Positions 17,718 to 27,200 of a stretch of DNA of 64,000 bases are shown piece after piece. The position numbers and the translations under genes are program-made. The notes below the pieces were generated by a model. The model had not been told where the DNA came from. It saw nothing but the letters and a program-made list of their open reading frames with translations, and did not search any database. Origin of the DNA: a virus; the IMG/VR virus record IMGVR_UViG_3300020183_005033, positions 32,001 to 96,000 of that record. One strand, 5' to 3'. Numbering within the stretch: position 1 is the stretch's first letter; each line of letters opens with the position of its first letter.

Positions 17718-18848
17718 TTGCGCCCAGAAAGCAAAATGCACATTTGGGCTGAACTTGAGCGTCATCACCAAATGTCTGAAAAGCCTAAAACTCAAAAGCC
17801 AAAAGAAGAATTAGAAAAAGGCAAGAATGTTCGCAAGCAGCGTGAAGCTGTATTTGGAGGATGGAAGACATCTGCAGGTTCACCCCGTAGAGAAAAACAA
17901 ATTTCTGCCCTTGCTGATATGATTAAGAGAAGGTTTGGATTAGAAGCTCAACGCGCCCCCGGTAAAGTAGCTGCATCTGGCAAGGTAATCGACAAACCAA
18001 GCTTTCATGACAATGTTGTTGAACATATCGGAAATCCCGACTCTCTCGCTCATGAAGTTGGTCACCTATACCAATACGGCAAAGACATGGAGTCTATCGA
18101 CCCTCGTAAAGAATTTAAAACCAAAGAACAATCACTCGGTGATTGGCAAAAAGACATGGACGCTCATTGGGGCGACCTAAATGTCAAGCATGGTTATAAA
18201 AAACAAGCGCAAACGGCAGAAGAGTATGAGCCAACTGCTTTAGAAAACTACTACCGCCGCAGAGCAGGCTTGCCGACTCATCAAAAAACGGCATCCACCG
18301 AAGAAGAAAATAGAATAGAGTCTGAAAAAAGAGGCAAAAAATACAAAAAGCCAGCAATTTCAAGAACTCAAGCAGTTGACGACCCCTCTAAAGAAATTGT
18401 TCAAAAGGTAAAAGTTAAAGGTAAAGACGGCAAAGAGAAAGAAGTTTGGTTGACTGGTTCTATGAAGAACCTAACAGATAAGACAAGAGAGCTTGTAGAC
18501 CAAATTGACAGGGGCGAACTTATGTTAGACCCAACCCGTGGGTATGTTGAGGGTACATCTGTTGACGCTAAGATTAACCGCCGCGCCCGTGCAGCTTCTA
18601 AGGACAAGACACGTAAAGACGCCGACACTCTTATGCGCTCAGACGAAGTCCTTGAGAAAAAACTCATCATTGGCGAAAACAAACCATCAAAGGCAACTAA
18701 GAAGGCAACCCCAGAAAAGCACAAGGCAATTATGGATAAACTTAGTGCTGCTCTCGATACGATTCAAATAGACACCTCCCCTGAAGCTGTAAAAGAGCGT
18801 AAAATGCTACTTGAACATGTAAAACACAAGCTTAAGGGAAGAAAATAA
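17718..18848 (+). CDS. HExxH zincin-like module protein, probably the C-terminal continuation of ORF 13784
   Basis: LAHEVGH...AEEYE; weak TTG start; upstream frame open to the A11 run; LEKG/LEKK sites. Confidence 0.65.
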   Translation: MRPESKMHIWAELERHHQMSEKPKTQKPKEELEKGKNVRKQREAVFGGWKTSAGSPRREKQISALADMIKRRFGLEAQRAPGKVAASGKVIDKPSFHDNVVEHIGNPDSLAHEVGHLYQYGKDMESIDPRKEFKTKEQSLGDWQKDMDAHWGDLNVKHGYKKQAQTAEEYEPTALENYYRRRAGLPTHQKTASTEEENRIESEKRGKKYKKPAISRTQAVDDPSKEIVQKVKVKGKDGKEKEVWLTGSMKNLTDKTRELVDQIDRGELMLDPTRGYVEGTSVDAKINRRARAASKDKTRKDADTLMRSDEVLEKKLIIGENKPSKATKKATPEKHKAIMDKLSAALDTIQIDTSPEAVKERKMLLEHVKHKLKGRK

Positions 18849-19264
18849 TGTATTACTTCCAAGTAAAACCCTTAGACCTTTTTGATGAACCTAACGATAT
18901 TGCGCCGTTAGAGTATTGGGAAGTCACACAAGACTCTCCAGTAAGGCTGTCGTTCCAAATTATGATTTCAGACGCTCTTCCCCTAAGACGCTTTATGGTG
19001 CCAACTGGCCAAGTCGTCAAGGCTAAGTTTCAACGAGCTAAGGTTGCTAAGCTAGGTCAAGCTGCTACGTCTCAGACGTTTGAGGTGCAAGCTCTGCCTA
19101 TGGCCATGGACAGAAGCATCTGGACAATGAACTTGACTGCTGACCAAGTTAATACCCTTGTTGGCGGTACTGTTCAGTTCAATATCTACAATGGTACAAC
19201 ACTCGTACAGACTATCAATGTACCTTATATGATTAAGAAAATTCTAACAGGGGCGGGCTGCTAA
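18848..19264 (+). CDS. Putative virion structural protein (beta-rich)
   Basis: Coupled to the upstream ORF and followed by an adaptor-like gene. Confidence 0.45.
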   Translation: MYYFQVKPLDLFDEPNDIAPLEYWEVTQDSPVRLSFQIMISDALPLRRFMVPTGQVVKAKFQRAKVAKLGQAATSQTFEVQALPMAMDRSIWTMNLTADQVNTLVGGTVQFNIYNGTTLVQTINVPYMIKKILTGAGC

Positions 19265-19265
19265 T

Positions 19266-20147
19266 ATGTCAGACCAATATCCGCTTGGCTATAACCCCGC
19301 AGGATTAGAGCCCTATAGAGGCGACTACAACACATATCCAATTCATTGTAAGTCAGATATGGAGACAATCGAAGGAGCCTTTAAAAGATTCCTTCCGTTG
19401 CCAACCATTCATGACCTTAGAAAGTTTGCACTGTTTGGACTCAAGAGACTTGTTGACCCAGAGCAACTTGAAGAGATTGACGATGCCTTCTTGACTCAGT
19501 ATCTTACGTCAGCCATCAATGAGATTGAGATGTCGATGGGGATGTTTCTTTCTCCATGCGAGCAGACTCTTGTGTTTGACTACACAGAAGGTATGTTTGC
19601 TAGTAACTTTAGCGGCTTAAAGATTAAGCAGTTTCCTGTGACAGATATTTTGTCAATGAAATTAAAGTTTTCTCATGCAATGAATGACTTGCCTATCAAC
19701 GAGTTCACGTTGCCACCTTCTTGGATTTCTTATAGAAACAGAAGAATCAACGTCTTGGCTGACTTAGGTACTATTAAAACAACAGCACGCGGGGGCGACG
19801 GAACGGTGTTCAGTTTTATGGCTGGCTATGCTCCCCAAGCCTTCCGTCCTAATATGATTTCTGTAGAAGTATTGACTGGTTTCCCAGAAGGCAGAGTGCC
19901 TGCTATTGTAGTTGACTTAGTTATTACTGTGGCAAGTATTCGTCTTTTGACAGACATCGTTCCGATGCTTTTCCCTTACAGTTCAGTCAATGTAAGTATT
20001 GATGGTGTAAGTCAGGCTGCGTCACTGCCTGGGCCAAATTTTCTATTGAACAGATTGCAGGCACTTGAAAAGAAGCGACTAGAGCAAGAGTCAGCCATCA
20101 AAGCAAGTATGGGGCAACAAATTAAAGTAGGCTTCATCGGAGCTTGA
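19266..20147 (+). CDS. Putative head-completion/adaptor protein
   Basis: GFPEGRVPAIVVDL...SSVNVSIDGVSQA pattern as in SPO1/Twort-like head-tail adaptors. Confidence 0.6.
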   Translation: MSDQYPLGYNPAGLEPYRGDYNTYPIHCKSDMETIEGAFKRFLPLPTIHDLRKFALFGLKRLVDPEQLEEIDDAFLTQYLTSAINEIEMSMGMFLSPCEQTLVFDYTEGMFASNFSGLKIKQFPVTDILSMKLKFSHAMNDLPINEFTLPPSWISYRNRRINVLADLGTIKTTARGGDGTVFSFMAGYAPQAFRPNMISVEVLTGFPEGRVPAIVVDLVITVASIRLLTDIVPMLFPYSSVNVSIDGVSQAASLPGPNFLLNRLQALEKKRLEQESAIKASMGQQIKVGFIGA

Positions 20148-20193
20148 CAGTTTGATTTATCTGTGGCATCGTTAAGATGCTTCGGAGGCTTGG

Positions 20194-20230
20194 AGTCCGT
20201 TCAGTTTTTATTGAACGGGCTTTATTTTTT
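20194..20230 (+). terminator. Intrinsic terminator
   Basis: AGTCCGTTCA-loop-TGAACGGGCT followed by TTATTTTTT. Confidence 0.8.
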
Positions 20231-20232
20231 GC

Positions 20233-20259
20233 TAAAGTTTATTTTTTGACCTCCGATAA
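20233..20259 (+). promoter_or_regulatory. Sigma-28 (FliA)-type promoter
   Basis: TAAAGTTT-N11-TCCGATAA upstream of ATG 20281. Confidence 0.85.
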
Positions 20260-20280
20260 GTATTATGTAGGGGGTGGCTT

Positions 20281-20496
20281 ATGATTAAGTTTGAAGGTAA
20301 AAAAATGTCTCCAAAACAATACGCACAAGAAGTGTTGCAACAAACACTTCTTGTAAGAATAGAGGCGGAGCTGTGCTCTTCCTCTAGAGATGAGGAAATG
20401 TCTGCAATGACGGACAAAGAAAGGGAAGAAATGATGAGACAGATTGACCTTTTGGTTGCTAGGGCACTGAAGGTGGTTGGAGGAAAAAACAAATGA
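20281..20496 (+). CDS. Hypothetical protein (putative early gene)
   Basis: GGGGTG RBS downstream of a sigma-28 motif. Confidence 0.75.
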   Translation: MIKFEGKKMSPKQYAQEVLQQTLLVRIEAELCSSSRDEEMSAMTDKEREEMMRQIDLLVARALKVVGGKNK

Positions 20497-20846
20497 AAGT
20501 TTTTGTTTATAGAAATCTTCACAAGGGCTGTCTGAGTGTAAAAGCCCTTGAGGGCGAAAAAAAAGGCAGAGTAATTGCTCACGTAGACGAAATTACGCTG
20601 TCTAACTGCCAACTCAAAGTTAGTCAAGCGGGCCGCGCTAGAGTGCTGCGCGAGCGTCAAAAAAATGTCCACGCAGGCGTAAAGGGCGAGTGGAGTCAAG
20701 GGCTTAATTTTGTGATTGAGTCTATGACCAAAGTACGATACAACCCTTATGAAGTTTCTACATTTGTAGAAACAAACACAGGAAATCCAGTGCTTACGGC
20801 AAAAGAAGTTTTTATTAGCAAAAATGGAGTTTTTGTTAATTTTTAA
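20493..20846 (+). CDS. Conserved phage protein of unknown function
   Basis: VYRNLHK...GRARVLRERQKNVHA...YNPY pattern, recalled from many phages. Confidence 0.75.
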   Translation: MKVFVYRNLHKGCLSVKALEGEKKGRVIAHVDEITLSNCQLKVSQAGRARVLRERQKNVHAGVKGEWSQGLNFVIESMTKVRYNPYEVSTFVETNTGNPVLTAKEVFISKNGVFVNF

Positions 20847-20847
20847 T

Positions 20848-20874
20848 TAAAGTTTATTCACTGACTGCCGATAA
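20848..20874 (+). promoter_or_regulatory. Sigma-28 (FliA)-type promoter, exact consensus
   Basis: TAAAGTTT-attcactgact-GCCGATAA, then AGGAGGTG RBS and ATG 20896. Confidence 0.9.
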
Positions 20875-20895
20875 GTATTATGTAGGAGGTGAGTT

Positions 20896-21198
20896 ATGAG
20901 ATTAGTAAATTTAACACCACATACCGTCAATGTGATTAACGGCCAAAACTACGCCAGTGAAGGCGTAGTCAGAGTTTCTGAAACAGAAACTCAAGTTGGA
21001 GAAGTTGGCGGAATCCCGCTCTTTTCCAAGGTTTTTGGAAAAGTTGTTGGCTTGCCAGAGCCAACGGAAGGCACAATGTTTATTGTGTCTGCTCTTGTCA
21101 AGGCTGCTTGCCCTGACAGAAAGGACTTACTTGTCCCTACCAAATTGGTAAGGGACGAAAAAGGCAACATTATTGGTTGCTGTGGCTTTGCTGTTTAA
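20896..21198 (+). CDS. Conserved phage protein of unknown function
   Basis: NLTPH...GLPEP...IVS...DLLVP...VRD..G.IIGC pattern; strong RBS. Confidence 0.8.
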   Translation: MRLVNLTPHTVNVINGQNYASEGVVRVSETETQVGEVGGIPLFSKVFGKVVGLPEPTEGTMFIVSALVKAACPDRKDLLVPTKLVRDEKGNIIGCCGFAV

Positions 21199-21223
21199 TG
21201 CTTTATTAACTAAAGGGGGTTTT

Positions 21224-22906
<1,683 letters not shown>

Positions 22907-22910
<4 letters not shown>

Positions 22911-23122
22911 CAGACGAAGAGCTGATAGAAAAACTACGATTAAAAAACTGCCTTAGATGGATAGACCCACCAATTACTACTCAAAAAATTCTTCAAGAAG
23001 CTTTGACTAAAGCAGAAAATTTGCTGCTTGAAATTTCCATTCACGAAAATGAAAAAATAGTTGAGGCACACAAGATTTTAAATTGCATCGTAGAGAAAAA
23101 ACGCGAAATGGGGGACTTATGA
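22907..23122 (+). CDS. Hypothetical protein
   Basis: GGAGG RBS; ATGA overlaps on both sides. Confidence 0.65.
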
Positions 23123-23721
23123 GCCAATTAGATGAAATCCTTAGAGAAGAGTCTCTAATGAAAGAAGCCTTCAACAATCATGAGACTCTTGTCAAGCTAA
23201 CTTATGATACTTGCGGCTCTACCATCTTAAGAGTCGCTTCCTACATGATTGACGCCCTAGAGAATGGCCATAAGGTTCTTTTTATGGGAAATGGAGGTAG
23301 TGCCGCTGACGCTCAGCACTTGGCCGCCGAGTTGGTTGGAAGGTTTACTCGTGAAAGGAAAGGACTAGCATCGGTTGCTTTGACAACAGACACATCTATC
23401 TTGACGGCAATTGCAAATGACTATGGCTACAACCAAGTCTTTTCAAGGCAGGTAGAGGCATTGGCTCAGAAGGGAGATGTCGTCGTTGGAATCTCTACGT
23501 CCGGCAACAGCCCTAACATTTTGAAGGCCATGGAGGTTGCCTCAGAGAAGGGCTGTATTTTGATTGGTTTTACAGGCGGTAAAGGTGGAAAGCTGTATGA
23601 AAACACTGACTTGTGCATAACAGTACCGTCTTTGACGACTGCCAGAATACAAGAAATGCACATTTTAATTGGACATGTAATATGCGATATTGTTGAAGAT
23701 TATTTTTCAAAAAAGGAGTAG
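23119..23721 (+). CDS. gmhA: Phosphoheptose isomerase
   Basis: GNGGSAADAQHLAAELVGRF, TDTSILTAIANDYGY, GISTSGNS, RIQEMHILIGH. Confidence 0.95.
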   Translation: MSQLDEILREESLMKEAFNNHETLVKLTYDTCGSTILRVASYMIDALENGHKVLFMGNGGSAADAQHLAAELVGRFTRERKGLASVALTTDTSILTAIANDYGYNQVFSRQVEALAQKGDVVVGISTSGNSPNILKAMEVASEKGCILIGFTGGKGGKLYENTDLCITVPSLTTARIQEMHILIGHVICDIVEDYFSKKE

Positions 23722-23790
23722 ATTATGACTACAAAGAGTGCTATTAATAATTTGATGGAAATTGTTTCCATCTTTTTTATGGAGAAAATT

Positions 23791-24048
23791 ATGCGTCGCA
23801 GTACACCGTCTACCTACACAGAAGTCGCAGTCGAAGTTCTTGCAGCAGCAGGCAGCCGCGAACTTACAGCAGCACAAGTTTTTGAAAATGCACGTAAGCG
23901 CGGTCTTTTGCGTCGCTTTACTGCTCAAGGTCGCACCCTGGAGCAAGTCAAAGTAGGTCTTTCAGCCAAATTGCGCCAATCATCTAACTCAGGCAACAGC
24001 GGAATTGCTGTTCGTCAGAAAAATGGCGTCAATCTTTATTCAGTGTGA
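23791..24048 (+). CDS. Small basic winged-HTH protein (HARE-HTH-like)
   Basis: GGAG RBS before ATG 23791; TYTEVAVEVL...ELTAAQVFENARKRGL pattern. Confidence 0.55.
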   Translation: MRRSTPSTYTEVAVEVLAAAGSRELTAAQVFENARKRGLLRRFTAQGRTLEQVKVGLSAKLRQSSNSGNSGIAVRQKNGVNLYSV

Positions 24049-24058
24049 GATAAGAGCT

Positions 24059-24325
24059 ATGCTTGAGACTTTTATAGTAGCTGGCGTAGTTTCTTACTTT
24101 GTGGGGCAGGTCAAACTGCCCCCTTGCATTGTTGGAAAAGAAAATAGTAATTACTGTGTTTCGAGGCAGTATGCCAATGTCCGATATGAAAACATAGAGT
24201 TTGTAAAAAAGCTAAATACCAACCCCAACGATGCCCGTGTTATTATTAAATTAAAAGAATACGGAACAATATCAGTCCCTTATGACTCCAACAAGCTGAC
24301 TTTTGAATATCACGTTAACTTTTGA
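24059..24325 (+). CDS. Hypothetical protein with hydrophobic N-terminus
   Basis: ORF from ATG 24059 (MLETFIVAGVVSYFVG...). Confidence 0.55.
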   Translation: MLETFIVAGVVSYFVGQVKLPPCIVGKENSNYCVSRQYANVRYENIEFVKKLNTNPNDARVIIKLKEYGTISVPYDSNKLTFEYHVNF

Positions 24326-24326
24326 C

Positions 24327-24353
24327 TCAAGGTTTTTTACGCACCGTCGATAA
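24327..24353 (+). promoter_or_regulatory. Sigma-28-type promoter (variant)
   Basis: TCAAGGTT-N11-GTCGATAA followed by GTATTATGTTGGAGGTG and ATG 24375. Confidence 0.75.
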
Positions 24354-24374
24354 GTATTATGTTGGAGGTGACCT

Positions 24375-24635
24375 ATGGAAAATGTAATCAAAGTTTTGCA
24401 AAATGATTCCCATAAAGAGTTTTATGATGTTACAGACAGCATTGAGGTAGACAATATAGTTTTTAAGTTTACTGTTCTCGAAACAGTGCAAGAAGATGTC
24501 GATGGATATTGGCCTTCAGAAGTCAAGCTTTTGTCTGTAAACGGACAAGAGCCAACACAAGAAGTTTCTGATTTATTTAAAGAAGTGTTGGCCACAAAAT
24601 GGGCTGTTTGGCTTGAGCCTAAACACATGGAGTAA
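24375..24635 (+). CDS. Acidic hypothetical protein (putative early gene)
   Basis: GGAGGTG RBS after a sigma-28 motif. Confidence 0.75.
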   Translation: MENVIKVLQNDSHKEFYDVTDSIEVDNIVFKFTVLETVQEDVDGYWPSEVKLLSVNGQEPTQEVSDLFKEVLATKWAVWLEPKHME

Positions 24636-24637
24636 TT

Positions 24638-24772
24638 ATGAAAAAACAACGTCCACAACAAGACCTGGAGCTTGAGATGCTCCAGCCGACAAAGATGTCC
24701 CCTAAAGCCCCTAAGCTTTCTAGGAAAAAACTAAAGAAAGCCTTCAAAATAATGCAAGCAGTTAAATTCTAA
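24638..24772 (+). CDS. 44-aa basic peptide (not in ORF track)
   Basis: GGAG RBS; MKKQRPQQDLELEMLQPTKMSPKAPKLSRKKLKKAFKIMQAVKF. Confidence 0.55.
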   Translation: MKKQRPQQDLELEMLQPTKMSPKAPKLSRKKLKKAFKIMQAVKF

Positions 24773-24798
24773 AAATATTTTTTATCTAATCATTTCAG

Positions 24799-24838
24799 AG
24801 GGATAGTTAGCTTAACGAGCCAACTGTCCCTTTTGTTT
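24799..24838 (+). terminator. Intrinsic terminator upstream of the capsid gene
   Basis: AGGGATAGTT...AACTGTCCCT stem followed by TTTGTTT. Confidence 0.75.
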
Positions 24839-24927
24839 ATTCTTTTTCTAAAATTGTAGTAAAATTACCTCATACATCTTTTGATGTAGTGTGATTCATT
24901 GGGAACCAATAGAAGGAGACCTTTCCC

Positions 24928-26463
24928 ATGACGACCGGTTATCAGTTTGTAGGCCAGCAAGACATGGCCAAGATTCGTGAACGCCTTGAGCGCATGGCGA
25001 AATCTTTCAACGCCATTGGTTACCAAGGAATGCAGAACGCTGGCCGTACAGGCATCAGCGCTCTTACTATCGACAGCGCCGACCCTGTCATGTACGCAAT
25101 CTGCGCACAGGAAAAGCAGCTCAAGTTGATGAAAAATGTTAAGACCCTCAAAGCTACACAGCCTGTTTACTTCTATAAAGTACAGACTGCTATCGCTACT
25201 CAGGGCCTCGACCTTGCTGGTTTTGAAAACTTCATGCCACAAGAAGACCAAGCTCAGTATGAGCAGGTTGCTGAACCACTCAAAATCTATGGTATCAAGA
25301 AGACTCTTGGCGACATGGTTCGTCTAACTAACGAAGCAGGTGGATTCTTTGACGGTATCGACATTGAAAAAGAAAACGAGCGCAACGCTGCTATGGCTCT
25401 TTCAACACAGTTTGAGCGCGATGGTTATGCCGGCGGTGACTACTACGTTGACGCTTCAGGCGCTATCGACGTTGAAACTCCCTTGAAATTCCTTGGTAAC
25501 CGCCGCATTCCAGCTATCCGTCAGCTCCGTGGTATTCAGAACAACATCCGCGAAGGCGAAAGAGCTACTCGTGGTTCTACTCCAGACTTCGTTGCTTACG
25601 GAAACAGCTTCTCCGTTGTTCAAGACCTTAAGGGCAAAGCACTTGACCAAGAAGTTCTTGACGATACAACTACAGCAGTTGTCTCGAACGCGGGTGAAGT
25701 ATCAGAAGCTCACGCTACTCCAGCTCAAATCGCTGAGTTCCGTAAGACTTTCTTCGGTCTTCAACGTGGTGACATCGCTCAGAACTTTGCAATCCGTGGA
25801 CCTGACCTCAGCAACGCTGAAGAAGGTGGATTCGCGATTATGTCTGTTAGCGGTCTAGTTAAGTTCATTCCTGCTATCTACAAGCACTCTGTTCGTCAGA
25901 AGGCTCTTCCAGTTAGCGGAACTAACGGCGTACCTCCTTCAACTCCAGTTATTGCTTCTGCAGCTTTGACTGTTGGTTCAGTTGGCTCAGAACTCAAAGT
26001 TGGCGACAAAGTCAAGTTCTTGGTTCAGGCTACTTCAATCTTCGGCATCAGCTCACCAGCTATGTCCGCTGAATTGACTGTAACTGTTGATGGTCAGGGC
26101 GTTGACCTCTCTATCGCTGCTCAGGCTGACGCTGAAGCATTCATGGTCTTCATGACTCCTCGCGAAGCTGCTGGTAAGGCTGGTTCAGAAGGATTCGTTG
26201 GTAAAGTAGTTAAGGCTGCTTCTGGCGCAACTGCATTCAAGTATGTCGGCGCAGTAATGCCTGGCTATGAAAGCGTACTCTTCATGCCTTCAAGCGAAGA
26301 CCGCGTTAAGTTGGCTGTTCTTGGAAACCTCCTCAATAAGTCTGACCTTGGTCGTCAAGGTTTGGCTCTTGAGAGCGTATTCAGCTCGTACTTGGCTGTT
26401 GTTCTTCATAAGCCACGTTCGTTCGCTCTTCTTGACAACGTCAAGCAACGCCGCCGTATCTAA
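24928..26463 (+). CDS. Major capsid protein (SPO1/Twort-like) with an inserted beta domain
   Basis: N-terminal MAKSFNAIGY...G.SAL.IDS resembles the K|SF.TGY...ALR.E.L start of Herelleviridae capsid proteins; AAGGAG RBS; biased codons; strong downstream terminator. Confidence 0.88.
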   Translation: MTTGYQFVGQQDMAKIRERLERMAKSFNAIGYQGMQNAGRTGISALTIDSADPVMYAICAQEKQLKLMKNVKTLKATQPVYFYKVQTAIATQGLDLAGFENFMPQEDQAQYEQVAEPLKIYGIKKTLGDMVRLTNEAGGFFDGIDIEKENERNAAMALSTQFERDGYAGGDYYVDASGAIDVETPLKFLGNRRIPAIRQLRGIQNNIREGERATRGSTPDFVAYGNSFSVVQDLKGKALDQEVLDDTTTAVVSNAGEVSEAHATPAQIAEFRKTFFGLQRGDIAQNFAIRGPDLSNAEEGGFAIMSVSGLVKFIPAIYKHSVRQKALPVSGTNGVPPSTPVIASAALTVGSVGSELKVGDKVKFLVQATSIFGISSPAMSAELTVTVDGQGVDLSIAAQADAEAFMVFMTPREAAGKAGSEGFVGKVVKAASGATAFKYVGAVMPGYESVLFMPSSEDRVKLAVLGNLLNKSDLGRQGLALESVFSSYLAVVLHKPRSFALLDNVKQRRRI

Positions 26464-26486
26464 TCTACTGATTAGATTCAAGAAAA

Positions 26487-26512
26487 GGCCACCCTTAGGG
26501 GTGGCTTTTTTA
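26487..26512 (+). terminator. Intrinsic terminator after the capsid gene
   Basis: GGCCACCC-TTAG-GGGTGGCT followed by a T run. Confidence 0.9.
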
Positions 26513-26540
26513 TGACCCACGTTTTAAAGAGAACAAGACC

Positions 26541-26801
26541 ATGCTAAAAAATGGAATTAAAATAAATTTTGAATTAACCAAAGACGACATTAGGGTCGAC
26601 GTTGCGGCAGGAGCCCTTGGGTATGTTGTGAATTTTAGTATAGACTTAAAGCGCTGGAAAGTTAAATTTCAAAAAAAATCCTATTCCGTAATGGCTTGTG
26701 TCGGTCCGTTTATGCTCAGAATTACAAGTCTTGAAAAGATTGGGCAGTTTATCAATAATGTTTTAAAAGAAAATGAAGATAAGTTGCATTCCGAGATGTA
26801 A
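26541..26801 (+). CDS. Hypothetical protein
   Basis: 86-aa ORF filling the gap between features. Confidence 0.55.
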   Translation: MLKNGIKINFELTKDDIRVDVAAGALGYVVNFSIDLKRWKVKFQKKSYSVMACVGPFMLRITSLEKIGQFINNVLKENEDKLHSEM

Positions 26802-26830
26802 TATATGTAAACAAGCAGGAGAAGATAGAC

Positions 26831-27199
26831 ATGAATAAAAAAAATTTAGCGTTTAAAAGATACTCAGACTTTTATATTAAATACCCCCTACATGTTACTA
26901 AAAAAGTAATCAATGGTGCTGGTCCGCAAGGCAAAGGAAAATTCATCAGAGACACTTTATTTTATAAATTTAGTGTAACAGAAGCTGCTAACATGCATGA
27001 TTTTTTATATTCAGAATATGCTCCTAAGCAAATTGTCAGAAAAGATGCCGATGATTTATTTTTAGAAATGATGCTCAGAAAGCTAAAAACGCATTCAGTT
27101 GCGTCAAGAATTATAAATAAACCCTTAGTGTATGTGTATTATTTTGCTGTACGGGTATTTGGTAAATCTTTTTGGACAAAAGAAAAAATTGAATGGTAA
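26831..27199 (+). CDS. DUF1353-like protein
   Basis: NGAGP...AANMHDFLY...RKDADDLF...YYFAVRVFG motif; AGGAG RBS. Confidence 0.7.
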   Translation: MNKKNLAFKRYSDFYIKYPLHVTKKVINGAGPQGKGKFIRDTLFYKFSVTEAANMHDFLYSEYAPKQIVRKDADDLFLEMMLRKLKTHSVASRIINKPLVYVYYFAVRVFGKSFWTKEKIEW

Positions 27200-27200
27200 A

